Part shown: positions 35,364 to 47,801 of the stretch, in pieces | How the letters are laid out: each line of letters begins with the position of its first letter | Position numbering within the stretch: position 1 is the stretch's first letter | Source: Cladosporium halotolerans | Taxonomy: Eukaryota | Reading direction: 5' to 3' | Assembly: GCF_011745625.1 (NCBI RefSeq) | Contig: NW_027191453.1 | Span: forward strand, 310,001 to 374,000 | Length of the DNA stretch: 64,000 bases | Program-made: the position numbers and the translations under genes | Notes under the pieces: model-generated | Told to the model about the DNA's origin: nothing | Database searches by the model: none | Seen by the model: the letters and a program-made list of their open reading frames with translations, nothing else

Positions 35364-36113
35364 CTGACGTCGATTCGAGATCTCGATCTATCTGGCCTTG
35401 TGCTTGCCCGGTTTTGCTCTTTGTGTGTACATATTGCATTGATGTGCGCGGTTGGAATCGGGCAGCTGCAGGGCCTTTCGATAGAGTTAGTAAACTAGAT
35501 CAAAGTAGCTACCTCAGCCAAACCAGACCCCTCTCCGGTTCGCGGCGATTATTCTTCTCTCGTCCGCCCGTCCCCGAGTCCCGATGCTCGTATCCTTGTT
35601 GAACCTCCAATCACCCACCCCGTCCGTCCGCGCTAGTGTACAGCAGAGCACAGCACAGCATTAGCCACACCAACCAAGCCCGTCCATCAATCATCCCAAC
35701 CAGCCCCATCCGGTCCAATCCAGTCCAGTTCCCCCATCCGTACACCCATCCCGCTCCCCACACCCCAGTACAGTAGACCAGCAGCAGCCGTTACGCGCCC
35801 AAGCGTTCTTCATCCCACGCCCTGTCCCCTTCCCCAAAGTGCCAGTGACACACACACACATGTACATTGCCGTTCCGTAGAACGCAGCAAGATCACCGCA
35901 CCGCCTTGCATGCATCGCGCGCCTCCTCGTGCCTGACACGAGGGGCCCGCGGGAGAGACGGCTCGCTCGCTCGCTCGTTCGCAGCAGCAGCGACAATCAG
36001 CGCCACGCCCACGTGCCGGTGCGCGATCGTGCGGGATCCCTGCTCTGGAACCGCCGATCGGGAGGTCGAGGCGCGGGGCCGTCATGGAATCGATCGGCGC
36101 GCAGGAAAGGAAA

Positions 36114-36148
<35 letters not shown>

Positions 36149-36156
36149 TAGATAGA
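36114..36156. repeat. (AGAC)n(AGAT)n compound microsatellite
   Basis: About 8 AGAC units followed by 2 AGAT units, downstream of the Zn2Cys6 gene. Confidence 0.85.
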
Positions 36157-36758
36157 GGTGGAAAGGGGAATGAAATCGAACCGATTGAGTCGCGCGTGGT
36201 ATAGTGCGGCAGAGCAGATTCGAGTCCCCGAAAATGGGAAATCGCAACAACGCGACGTTTGCTTGCAGAGCCCGCGCCCGTCGGTGCAGTATTTGCGGCG
36301 GGGAAAATAAAACAGCGGAAAGCATGGAAAGCAGACAACCTGACCTTGAAAAATCCCGGGAATATGCAAGGTCCAGGAGGAGAAGCAATTGTGAACCCTC
36401 CCTCGAGAGAACAGAAACTCAAACGGCGGGGGGAATAGTAAAAACTCAAAAGGGACGTGAAACGAGATCTGCGCGAGAAAAAAAAAGAAGAAGAAAAGGA
36501 ACAGGCGCCGAACGCGAGTTCTCTCGCCGGTGCGGAGAGGCTCGGTCTCGTGTGTTTGTGTGGGGACGAACCCTATTGTGCGACATTATTATAGCGCTTT
36601 CATTCTCTGGCCATGACGTGACACCATGTAGATGGACAGTCGGAAACAAAAAGAAGACGGCCGTTGTATGTACTGTACTGTAGATCCTGGAAGCTCCCTG
36701 GGGGTATGTGCGGTCAAAGGGGGAGCCCGCCGTGTGTGCGCGTTGTTTGCTTTCCCGT

Positions 36759-39700
36759 TCACATCGCCGAGCTGAAGGAGTGGAACTCCTTCTCGCCGTG
36801 GTACATGGGCTTCTCCTCGGGCGGGATGCCGAACAGGACGCGCTGGATCTTCTCCAGGATGGAGCAGTCGAGCTGGCAGGTGGGCGAGATGGGCGCCAGG
36901 CGGCGCAGGAAGCCGATGGTGCGGCTGAGCAGGCGCTGGAAGCGGTCTGGGTCGATGAGCTTGCGCAGGTACTCCGTGCGCCAGGTGGCGGAGAGGACGA
37001 GCATGTTGCCGAATTGTCTGGGTGGGGTTTGTTAGCTTGGTGTGTGTGATGAAGGGAGGGGTTTTTCTTTTTGGAACACTTACGCGTGAGCGGTGCCGTG
37101 GATGTTAGTCACGACCAATCGGTCAGGCACGCCGTCGAAAGCGACCGTACTCTGCATGGCGGCTTCAATGCACCTCCTGCACGCCGCCCAGACTTCGCCT
37201 TCTCCCATGAGCTCGATGGCCTTGAACAGGTGGATCTCAGCCTTGTCGCGAGGATTGTGGTGGGCATCCAGCGCGACCTCCTCCACACTCTGTCCTTCCT
37301 GGACGTGTGGCATGATGTGCAGAGCGTAGTCCAGGTAGGGCCTGTTGATCACGTACCGCGCTCCCCAGTACTTGGCGCGCAGACGAGCAGACAGGATGCC
37401 CGAAGCCGGAGGATCCGAATTCTTCCAGCTCAGGGCTTCCGGAAGCATTGCTCGCCAACCGTCGAGGATTGCTTCGTGACTCTGCAGCGTCGCTTGCACT
37501 TCTACGAGCGGCTGATTGAGACAGTCTGCTCCGTAGAGCTGCCTGTGCACTTGGTTCAGACGCTTCCTCAGCCACATCTGCGCGGTGTAGAAGATGACGA
37601 CGTTGGTGTAGCTGGTACCCCTATGCGCCTCGTTAGGCGCGAGACCCGCGTACGAGTCGTACGTCTCCTCTTCGTGGATGTTGTGCGGCATGAGAAGTAG
37701 GTTCTCGATGTTTTGAATGCCACTCGACGGTAATCGCAGTTCTGCTAGAATGTCACTCTCCAGTTGCAGACATGTCCAGGATGCCAGCACGATCAAGTTC
37801 TGTCGCATGTCGGTGATGAGTTTCTGGCCCTTCTCGTGTTGTCTTCGAACATCGCCGTAGGCCGTCCAGTAATTATCATTGTACAACTTGTAACGGTCAA
37901 GCAGTGTCTGGATGACTCTTCCCGCCATTGTGATCCAACTCATGCTCTCTTTAACGCGTGCTAACTGTCCTTTGTACAAACCGGCCAAGAGGAACATTTG
38001 CGCGTGAATCAAGTCATTACCGTCTCCTTGATCGCCAAGAATCTCAGCAGCCTTAGCGTAGTACGCGATGCCGGGAATGATATCCATGTTCTTCGGCGTG
38101 TTGTTGGAAGAGCTGCTGCCGTCAACCGAAGATCTTCTACTCCGGTACTGCGTCGTCAGGTTTTCGAAGCCAGGCGGTGTCTGAAGTGCGTTGGGTGTGT
38201 GCTTCGGTGAACCGGGCGATGGCTTGACGGTCCCCGACATGGGGGAGCTGCCTGTCAAGCCTGTCATGCCGGAAACTTGATGCGCCAAGACCTGATTGGT
38301 GTTCAAGACGCGGTCCTGCACGGGTCCAGGCAAAGCCTCCTTGTGCGCGCAGATTTTGCCCAGTGCAAGTACGAGATAGATTACTGCATTACTTGGCGAG
38401 CGCTCTGTGTCGACGAAACGTTTCGTGACGACTTCGCCGCTGATGTTCGTGGCGCCGCCGGGACCGTTGGAGCGTTGCCGCTTAATGGGACGATCGGATT
38501 CGCCATCGCCACCGACGGCGAAAGTGCTCTGCATGCGGTTTCGATTCTGGGAGTATCGCGAAATAAACTTGTTGATTAGTTTTCGTGTCCTCGCCTTGTC
38601 CAGGAAAGGATGCATGAGATGCATATGCTTCAGATAACTCTCCCATAACGAAAGGATAGTATTCGCATCCAAGTCCAGAGTGCCGTCAGGCTTCAAGCCT
38701 CCAGCTGTGTAGGGGTACTGTCGCGTTTCCGCGTTGGGGTAGGCGTAAGCGGGGAGACCGCAGCCCCAAATGCCTTCTGGCGGCGAAGGCGCATCGGAGA
38801 AGCTATCTTCACTGTGAGCAGGGCTTGCAGGTCCGCCCGGTTGTGTACCGTCCTGTTCCTCGATACCTTCGCCGCGGCCGTACAAACGGAGAACGCCCCG
38901 ATCTTCCGCTTCCATGACGTACCCGTCGTTGACATCGACGTGAGCTTCCTGCAACATGGGTCGCACGCTGGGCCATAACAGGATGAGTTTGTGCGGTGCT
39001 GTGCGGTGGTCGTCGAGTTCTTGTCTCCGTTTGGGTACTGGCTCGTCGGGCTCTGGGGGCTCGATTTCTGGTACTGGACTCGGTTTCATGCGCTCCTGCT
39101 TCAACTGTCGCAATTGCTCCTCAAGAGCGACCAAACGCGCCGTCGTGTCAGAGTTACTTTGCGTCATTTGCTCCAGGTACTGGATGACCTTGTCCATATT
39201 CTTGTCGGTCTTCGCAGGTGGCGTGTCGCGGTATTGGCAGGTCAAGTTCTGCTCCTTGCAGAACGAACAAGGGTTGCCCTCGTCGCATTTTTGTTTCCGC
39301 TGCCGACACTGTTCGCAAGCTTGGGTTGCTCGCATTTGCTTCTTTCGTTGCACGTTGAAGTTCATCGATGCAGCTGCGGGTCCATATCCCGGCGGTTGAG
39401 CGTACATGGGTGGCGGCGGTGCGTAGCCGTTGTGGTTTTCCATTACTGGCGTCATCGCGTAATGGTTGTGAGGCTCATGCTGCGGTGGAGGCGCTTGCGG
39501 TGCAGGCGGGCCTTGGGTCGTCGGCGGGAGGCCGTGAGGGACGCCATTCGGCGCAGGGTAGCCGTGGTGGTCCATCTGGGAATGCGCGCTGTCCGGAACA
39601 GACGACGGCGGGTATGCGGAAGGCTGCGCCGGGGTGGTGGGAGTGCGCTGCGGGTGGGATGAATCGATGGAGAAGGATCTGTTCACGGGCGCCGGAGTGG

Positions 39701-40076
39701 CATGGCCCGAGTGATTGTGCTGGTTGTACTGGTGATACTCTGGCGCTTCGCGGGCGTCGTGCGGATGGCGTAGGGGAGCCAGATGGTTCGGCTGCTCTTG
39801 GGGCGGCGCGGAGGATGGGTAGGATTGCTGCTGGATGGGAGGGAGCGCAATGCCGGCAGGCGGTGGAGGCGCTGCGTAGGAGGGATGCTGCTGCTGCTGC
39901 TGCTGCTGCTGGGGCGGCGGCGGCGCCTGTTGCTGGTGCTGCACGGGAGCAGGTGGCGGCGGCGGCGGAGGGTGGGCAGGGTGGTGGTGCTGGGGTTGAG
40001 AGTAGTAGGGCGGTGGCGGTCGGTGGTCACCGGGCGCAGGTTGTGCGTAGGGCGGGCGGGTTCTGACAGGTTCCAT
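36759..40076 (-). CDS. Zn(II)2Cys6 fungal transcription factor with a Pro/Gln/His-rich N-terminus; exons 40076-37084 and 37017-36759
   Basis: RATQACEQCRQRKQKCDEGNPCSFCKEQNLTC (CX2CX6CX5CX2CX6C), a coiled coil, and a fungal TF region (HMHLMHPFLD, LQLESDILAEL, ARLRAKYWGA). Intron 37083 GTAAGT..GCTAAC..CAG 37018 gives HGTAHA|QFGNMLVL. Confidence 0.92.
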
Positions 40077-41054
40077 GACGAGAGGAAGATGCAGCCATGC
40101 GGTCAAGGCTGGTGTTTGGGACTACCTGCCGGGCAGACGATCGGGGGCGCGCGGGCAGGCCGGAGACCGGGAGGGTATGGGCAGCAGTGGCAGTTGGGTT
40201 TGGCAGCAACGGGTGGACGAAGCTCTGGCACGAGTAAGCGAGAGGCTCGCACAGGTGAGGGCGGCGGTAGGGTAGCGGTGGGAAGTGCGTGGTGCGGGCT
40301 GCTGGCCGGGTGGTGCGCGGTGCGTGGTGCGTGGGTGCGTGGTGCGCGCAGCGAGGTGCTTGTGCTTTGGGCGCGCAAGGCCGCGAGAGCGATGTGGCTC
40401 TGGCGCTGGCGCTGGCGCAGTGGTTTGACGTGCGGCCGGCGCAGGGCAGCGGCGGCGGAGGCGAAGATCGCAAGCTAAGCGCAAGCGGCGGGAGCGGGCA
40501 CAAGCTCGAGGCGCGGCGGGCGGGCGGCGCATGGAGCATGGGTGAGCAGCATGGGAGCGTGGAGCATGGGAGGCCTGCGGGCTGCCGCATATGCGATGCG
40601 AGGCTAAGGTGGCTACGTAGTAAGGTAGGGCAAAGGCATGCGAATCGGCGGGCTGGTGATCTCGAGGCTCTCCCTTTGAGATCCTGTCGTGCCGTCCTGG
40701 CTTGGAGGGAGTAAGGTAGGTACCTACTACTGTAGTGCTCGAGGGCTGCTGGCCTGCCGCCCTGCCCTAGCAGTGGTGGCATCTGCTGCCGCACCCATCG
40801 TTGCATTGCCATCGTTATTGGCCGCCGCGCTCCAGCACGGCACTCGCCCTCACCCACCAGGCGCCCCGCGGCCGCGCTCGGCACTCGCTCGCCTCGAGTC
40901 TGTCTCCGCGCGCGCCGGGCGCCTGTCTGCCAGCCCTGAAACATCGCTCCGAGTCTGTTCCGCCGCCTGGAATCCGAGGCCGCCGCGGCCTGAGGCTGTC
41001 GATCGAGGGCGCCCATAGCCAGCGCCCGGCAGCCCGTCTACCGAGCAGTCCCCC

Positions 41055-41106
41055 CCATGCCCACGCCCATGCCCACACCCACGCCCATGCCCACGCCCAT
41101 GCCCAT
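41055..41106. repeat. (GCCCAY)n hexamer minisatellite
   Basis: About 8 imperfect GCCCAC/GCCCAT units, about 1 kb upstream of the TF start. Confidence 0.8.
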
Positions 41107-44100
41107 GGCCCCCCGTCTGTGCCTTGCTCTCTCAATCACGCCTGTCGTCTCTCGCTGTCTGTGCCCGCCCACGCGCCCACGTCGCCCTCCACTGCTGCCC
41201 GGGCCGCCGCCGTCCTCCTGCGCGCTGTGCCTGCTCCTCGGGTCTGCATCGTCACTGCCCGTCACCGTCACAGACCGCAAGTCGCCTCGTCCACCGCCTG
41301 GCCCTGCTCGCCCTGCTGTCTTGGATGCTCTCCCCCATCATCTCACCAGCAGCTGAGCAGCACCGCATCTGCAGCCCCTCGCCCACGCTGGCCGCACGCC
41401 GTATCTGCAACCCCTCCAGGCTCCCTCCCTGCCCTGCTGCCCTGCCCTGCTGCCCTGGCCTGCCAAAGCGCCAATCTCACTCCCAATCGCCCCCTCGATC
41501 TCTGTCGCCGCCGTCCGGGGCCTCGCGATCGTAACTGCACCCTGCCCGTTTCGTGCCACCCGCCCGAACTCCCTGCTGCATCGCACTCCGCCTACCGGGC
41601 ACACGCCCCACGATTCGCGCGCCGGCAAGCGGCTCGGCTTCGGCCTCAGGCCGCACCCTGCCTGACTCTGCGCCAGCCGCCAGCCCGCTCCCAGGAGCCA
41701 GCCCAGCTGCCCAGATAATCGTCGCCCGTCTGTTCCACCGCGCAGGCAGACCGCATCCCGACGATGGCCACATTCGCAATAATGCTACCAGCAAATGCGC
41801 TGCGACGCGCCCGACCGCCAGCAGTGCATGCGTCATGCATGTCTGCCGCCGCCGCCGCCGCCACCGCCTGGCCGCGCGCCTGGCAGCCCTACCTCTCCGT
41901 TCTGTGTGTCTCTCGCCCTGCGCACCCGTCATATGAGCGCGCGCATCTGCTCCTCTCCCGCCTCGTAGCGCCTGTTGTGCCTGCCCGACTGCGCGCTGGC
42001 CTTGCCAGCGCCGTGTGCCACCCATTCTACACCGCAACTGCGGCGACGCGCTTGGCCGTGCGTGTCCTCACTTTCGCAGCCTCGCCCATCTTCGCGACCG
42101 CTCGCATTCTGCATGGTCGACCCTTGTAGCCTCGTCCCGCGTTCTGACTCGATGCTTGATGTACAGCATGTCTGTGGTGCGGGAATTGCCGCTTCTAATA
42201 AAGCATCGAAGCGACAGAGGCGGTCGCCACGCTGGAGGATGTCGCATCCTTCGAGGCATTGCAATCATCATGAAAATGGCTCGATTTGTTGTCGCCGTCT
42301 CGTATCGGGCCCGCGCGCGCCGCGACCGCTTGCGAGTGTAGTCGGCGGACAAATCAGCTTCCCCATGGAGAAGCCATCAGCGACGCCCACAGCGAAGCAC
42401 TCCGCCTCACGGCCGTCTTGGACCGTGAGTCTCTCTTCCAATTCCGCTGTTCATCAACCACCCCACCACACACAGTGCGATCTACTCGCGCATGCACCGC
42501 CGTTGCACGTCACTGGCACGCGAGTCTTCAGTCAGCATCCCCCTGGCTCCTTTCCGCATGTCCTCACGGTTGCCGCTGCTGCGTTGCCGCGTAATCGAAT
42601 AGCCGTGCCGTGTCCAACTGATAGCGACAATAATCCGACCACGCCTTCAGCGCGCCCGCAGATGCAACCCCTCGATTGGCACGTGGCTGTATTGGGGATC
42701 ACCACCGACACCTGCGCGCACTTTCAGCAGCTCGCTCCGGCGCGGTGCATGTCTGCCCTCGAGTTATCCCGCGGAGCACTGCGCAAGACTGTCGCGTCGC
42801 GTAGCACCGCGCCCGGCACCGAATCATTCTAGAGTCCTCGCGTGCGACGTGGCAATGACTTGCGCACCGTGTGTCATGCACATCACGGGGTGACGGCTCC
42901 TCCACGGCTTCATCTCTCGCGAATGCTTTGCGACCGCGTGTCAGACATCCGGCTAAGCGTCTACAAGGCCTCGCCGTTTGCTCGAACTAGCGCCGATCCA
43001 CTTTCTTCACAAGCCAGCCTTGCCCGCCCGTTCATCAAACACCTCCCCTGGTAGGCTGGTACTGTGCTGTGCATACTGTGTTGTCAGCAAACCCTCACCA
43101 GCATTTCGATCACTATGCATGTCGAGAAATGCATGTCAAGCTTCTGCTTACTGTTCCCTATATTGCTCGATATTGCCATCGAGTACTGCCCAAAGCGCCG
43201 ACGATCATTCCCTCCCCTCTCCCTACCAACACGCTGGACACGGTCGTGTCCTCGGACGGACCTGACTCGCTGACTCGACAGGTCACAAAACTCTAGGCAC
43301 CTGACGAAAGCCCTGCTTGATCCTTTTGCCCGCCCCTCACGGCTTCCGGTACTCGCCCGAACTAGAGCAGCACGACTGCCGAACCGCGACACCCGCACTC
43401 CTCCTGTGCCGTATCGTAGCTCCTCCAATTTCATCCCAGCCGTGCATGCCCCTCATTACTTCACGAAGGTTTGCAAGATGCACCAGGTTCAGAGCAGACC
43501 GCCAATTAGGCTGAGTCATTAGCAACGCCGATTACTGACCGGCGTACCCTCGTCTGGAAGATTCTTGGAAGGCGAAGAGGGCACGTCCGTCACACCATCA
43601 ACCCGTCGCCCGGCTTCGCACGCACGTGCGACTCTCAGCCTCCAATCTCGTGTCCGTATTCGCCGTCACTACATACACACCTCGACGCTCCCGACGACGA
43701 TCAAACCAGCTCGTCTAACACCGCCAAAGCGCGCACATAGGGCTCGTATCTCTCAGCCCCAACGAGAAACGAGTCAACTCTCTACGCGATTCCATTCCTT
43801 CTCATACCGTTCCGAATTCCTAACGAGACTCGTCCATATGTCCCCATCGCTGAGGTCTCTCTCTGCACTCGCCACGCAGGCGAGCCGTGCCGTGCGGAAG
43901 GCGCATGTCCCGGCTTACGTCGCTTAGAGCGAGGGGCTTTGTCCGCGACCCGGTACCACGTCTGGATAATATCGCTTTGCGCCCAGCCGAAGGAACCGAC
44001 CCTGGCCCTCGCCACGTGGCCAGAGGAAGAGGGACTTCTACACGGGATCAATCGGGCGATTTGCCCCTCGGAGATACGAGAACGACGGCGAAAGGCGCGC

Positions 44101-45466
44101 AGGAGGCCTTTAGGGTTGCGGAGCTCATACTGTATGTATGTACGTATGTACATGCTGAGCACGAGCGAGCGCTCTCTTCACGTTTAGCTTTCTCAAGCGA
44201 GCTTACCTTGCAGCGGCCGTTTGATGCGAACGCTTCCCGCACGCTTTTCTTCGCCTGGCCGGACGAGGAGGTGTCGGGGAACGCACGCCGGTTGGCGGGG
44301 GACCTGTTTCTGTCTGACTTTCTCTCATCCATTGGCTCCTGGCTTCTGGCTTCTGTTCGTCCACGGCTCGACTGTAAAACCACACTCGCTTCTTTCAGCC
44401 TTCTCGACTAAAAATCAGGTCTCACACGTGAGAGAGAGAAAGGGTGTCGGGGAAAGTGCACCTGTCAACTTTGCCTTACTGCCGGTTGATTCCCCACCCT
44501 CTTGCTCCGCAGTACACACACAAACACAGTACAGCAGCTCCCGTGCCGTCAAACCCATGCAACATACATGTAACGTTGATCTGTCGCCCGCATCCAAGCG
44601 CCCAGCCAGCCCAATGAGGGGAGCGTGTTCCGGGGGAAACGCTGAGCGCAATTCTTTAGACTTTCCTCCCGCGTCCTCTTCTCTCTCCTCTTTCTTCCCA
44701 GCAAAAAACAAGCCACCGCGACCCATGCCCGCGATCCGCGAGCTGATGTCTCAGAACCGCAGCGGGGAACAGGGAAAGAGGGCTTTTTTGGCCTTTTTCT
44801 TCAATTGAACCTTGTGAATCCTTCGACGTTGCCTCTCACTCCACTTCTCCCGCTCTGAACGCACACGTGCGGTGAGGAGCCATGGATTGGCGGCTGACGA
44901 TCGGCGAGAGGCCTGGTTTCGATTTGACTGGATTCGGTTTCGGAGGGAGACGGACAGGACGGGCGATACCACCACACTCGTAACTCGTATTAACCCCGGA
45001 AGCTTTGCGATTGCAGGAGCTTCACGGCAGGGAGATTTGCAACGGCTCGCGACAAGGTCTGTCATGCTGCAGCTGTGGGAATGAAATTCTCTCACGTGCT
45101 GCGTAAGGTTCTAGCGTACAGGACATGGCAACTCCATACAGCGCACGAGCGGCGTCTGGCGCCCTTGCTGGTTCTGCGACTTCTGGCCCGTCTATGCTAT
45201 GTACTCTCCGCGCTCCTCTTCCTTCTCTAAATCCCAGCCCTAACGTCCAAACTTGGCGAGCGCTGCTGCGAGAAGCGCTCTTGCCGCCCAAAAACAGGTA
45301 CCTCATCTCATCCCATCCGGTTCAATCCAGTACACACCCTCTGCCTCCTTTCCCAACTTCCCCCATGCAAACATTTCCCATCCCATCCCATTCCCCCCAC
45401 ACCCCAATTTCTCCCCAGTCTATCTCCCATCCCAAAACATTTCAAAAAAAAAAAAAAAAGAATCCC

Positions 45467-45976
45467 TCAACCCCCCTTCGCAAACCTAACCCCCAGCACC
45501 CTCTCCCCCTCCCCCTCCAACCCCACAACGCAAACCTCCCCCTTCCCCACCCCCTCCGCGACCTCAAACGCCCTCACAACCCCGCCGTCAACAGCATCCG
45601 CCACCACCCCCTCGACCCCCTCGAACCCCGCCGGCCACTTGACATCCCCAACCGCGATCTCCGACGCCCGCACAGGCCCCTCCGGCCGCGCGGCGGCTTT
45701 GAGCAGGTTCTCGAACTGCGATGCGGAGGGGTAGGAGGCGGGGGAGACGGAGGAGGGCGTTTTGGTGCGGGTTTCGGCCGGTTCGAGGGGCAGGACGAGC
45801 GGGGTGAAGGGTGGGGTCGGGAGGGTTGAGAGGGAGGGGGGTGCGGTTGGATTGTGGGATTGCAGGGTGGAGGGGACTTGGGGGGTTTGGGGGCTGGGGG
45901 GTTGCGTGTTGAGGGGCGAGAGGCCCGTGGAGGCTTCGGCGGAGGAGAGGGTGGGGTTGTCGTGGGGTTGGCCCAT
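45467..45976 (-). CDS. Hypothetical 169-aa protein resembling fungal nuclease A inhibitor (NuiA)-like proteins
   Basis: ACC-ATG-G start after a CA-rich leader. The segment order VPSTLQ..PFTPLVLPL..YPSASQFENLL..VADAVDGGVVRAFEV..EVCVVGLEGEGERVLGVRF parallels fungal NuiA-like proteins as recalled; not verified by search. Confidence 0.55.
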   Translation of the reverse strand: MGQPHDNPTLSSAEASTGLSPLNTQPPSPQTPQVPSTLQSHNPTAPPSLSTLPTPPFTPLVLPLEPAETRTKTPSSVSPASYPSASQFENLLKAAARPEGPVRASEIAVGDVKWPAGFEGVEGVVADAVDGGVVRAFEVAEGVGKGEVCVVGLEGEGERVLGVRFAKGG

Positions 45977-47801
45977 GGTTTGTTGTTTTGTAGGTTGTGT
46001 GGTGGTGATGGTGTGTTGGTTGTTTTTTTGTTGGTGAAGGTGTGGTTGTGGTTGTGAGGAGCTCCGCGTCGGGGTTGGGGATGTGTTGTGAGTTTCGTTG
46101 GGAGATGTGGATGGGTTCTTGTTGCGGTCGAGCAAAGAGTCAAGAGATTAATTCTTGTACCTTGCTGGTCGCGCAATTGACGTGCGCTCGTCGAATGTTT
46201 TCGACGCATCGTTCTGACATCATGTTGATGACGTTCGATGCAGCGGCGCTCGCTGTCGTGGAGAAAGGCGCCTACGCCTACACGCCAAATCGGTATCAAC
46301 ATCAACTATCTTACATTTCTGAACATTGCTCGATTGATAGTCGTAACGGCCATGCTGTCTCTCCGCTCGCAAATCGTGGCCTGCTCAATACTCTTCAAAC
46401 TCAAGCGAAGTCTCACGGGCCCCAAGTCCGCCCATCAATCAATCATCACATCAACCCATCCACACTAATCAGCATCATCGTCAAAGCATCATCAGTCTCC
46501 TCCCATACCCCCAATGGTCTGCTCAATAATCCTCCAACGCCAAAGTGAACTCCCCCACGACGGCCCTCAACTCCGCCATCAATCAATAAATCCAACCTCC
46601 GGTGGATCCCATCAACGACCGGAGTCCGCCCCGGCGCGCTTCGACCCCCAATCCCCCAAACCAGCAACACCAGCTTTGCTGCCCAACCCAGCCTCCCTCC
46701 CACGTGCTCCCCGAACAGACCCCATACCGCCCCTCCGACACCTCAACCTCAGACTTCACGAGCGCTTTGACGGGCGATAAGTCAACTTTGGTCGGTCGGT
46801 CGGTCGGTCGGACGCCGCCCCGGCGGCGTTCTGCGCTCTGGGCTGGCTGTCTCACTGCCCAAAACGCTATCGGGGCGTGGGCGGAGGGCTCCCCGACACA
46901 TGGACGGGGTGGGCATACGAGCGGTCCGGTATTGTCCCGTTTGCACGGTGGTCGTCCAGGCGCAGTTGCCACGGGATGGAACCCGATGGCCTGGGTCTCC
47001 GTGTCCGTGGTGCGGTGCCGGATCTGCCGGCAGTGCGCGGTGGGCCGGGGAGTCGGGAGGCTTTTGAGTTAGGTAGGTCGGGAGAAGGGGGTTGGGAGAG
47101 AGAGGCGCTGCTTCGAGTTCAGTGATTGCTTGGGCAGAGGGGTGTTAGTTCGTGGGGGGTGAGGCGCGGCGGGCGTAGGCGCTGTTTTTGTTTTGTTGGG
47201 GCTTGTTGGAGTGGTCTCGTCTTCTCGGAGGATATGAGTGTCTTTAGTCACTGTCGTGGTTCTCGGGGACTATCAAAGACAGGACGTTCACTGTCAACCA
47301 GCCGTTGGACGAGTACGACCTATTTCATCGAGCTACACTCGGATGTGACTGCGACTGTTGGTTCTGAATTTTTATATATTGTGCGAATGTCAATGACATC
47401 ACGTGATAGCAGCTTTAGCTCACATGGGAGAGCGCCAGACTGAAGTTCACTTCATGTCAAAACAAGCATTCTGTGCGGTATCTGGAGGTACTGTGTTCGA
47501 TCCACAGAAGCTGCATTACTTTTGCCCACCCGGGCATCTCACTTTTTTGCGTCCGGTTGGGCCGCGGCTCTATTGCGGACCAATTTACACGACGCTAGAG
47601 GACGGCAGGGCAGGCTAGGCTATGCAGTGTTCCGCAGCGTCAACACGGCCATACGTCGATGACAGACCGTCTGCTCTGATCGACACCCAAAGGATAATCA
47701 CATGGGAGATTCGAAGAGCTGACGAGAAGAGCATGAAAACTACTTTGCATTATGTAACCGTTCCAAGGCCGTCCATCCTATCGTTTTAGAAGTCGAACGC
47801 A

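Noticed and set aside
40027..42832. Long ORFs upstream of the TF (329, 305 and 285 aa) as genes
   Set aside because: Overlap on both strands, with A/R/P/S/C-rich composition typical of GC-rich non-coding DNA, and no domains.
44110..44117. TTAGGGTT (AACCCTAA on the - strand) as a telomerase RNA template
   Set aside because: Only an 8-mer; no recognisable pseudoknot or CR4/5 element. A covariance-model search would be needed.
45444..45459. A16 run as a retro-insertion tail
   Set aside because: It is poly-T relative to the adjacent minus-strand ORF, and no target-site duplication is seen.
46514..46780. 88-aa Pro-rich + strand ORF
   Set aside because: No recognisable motif; composition follows the local C-rich skew.
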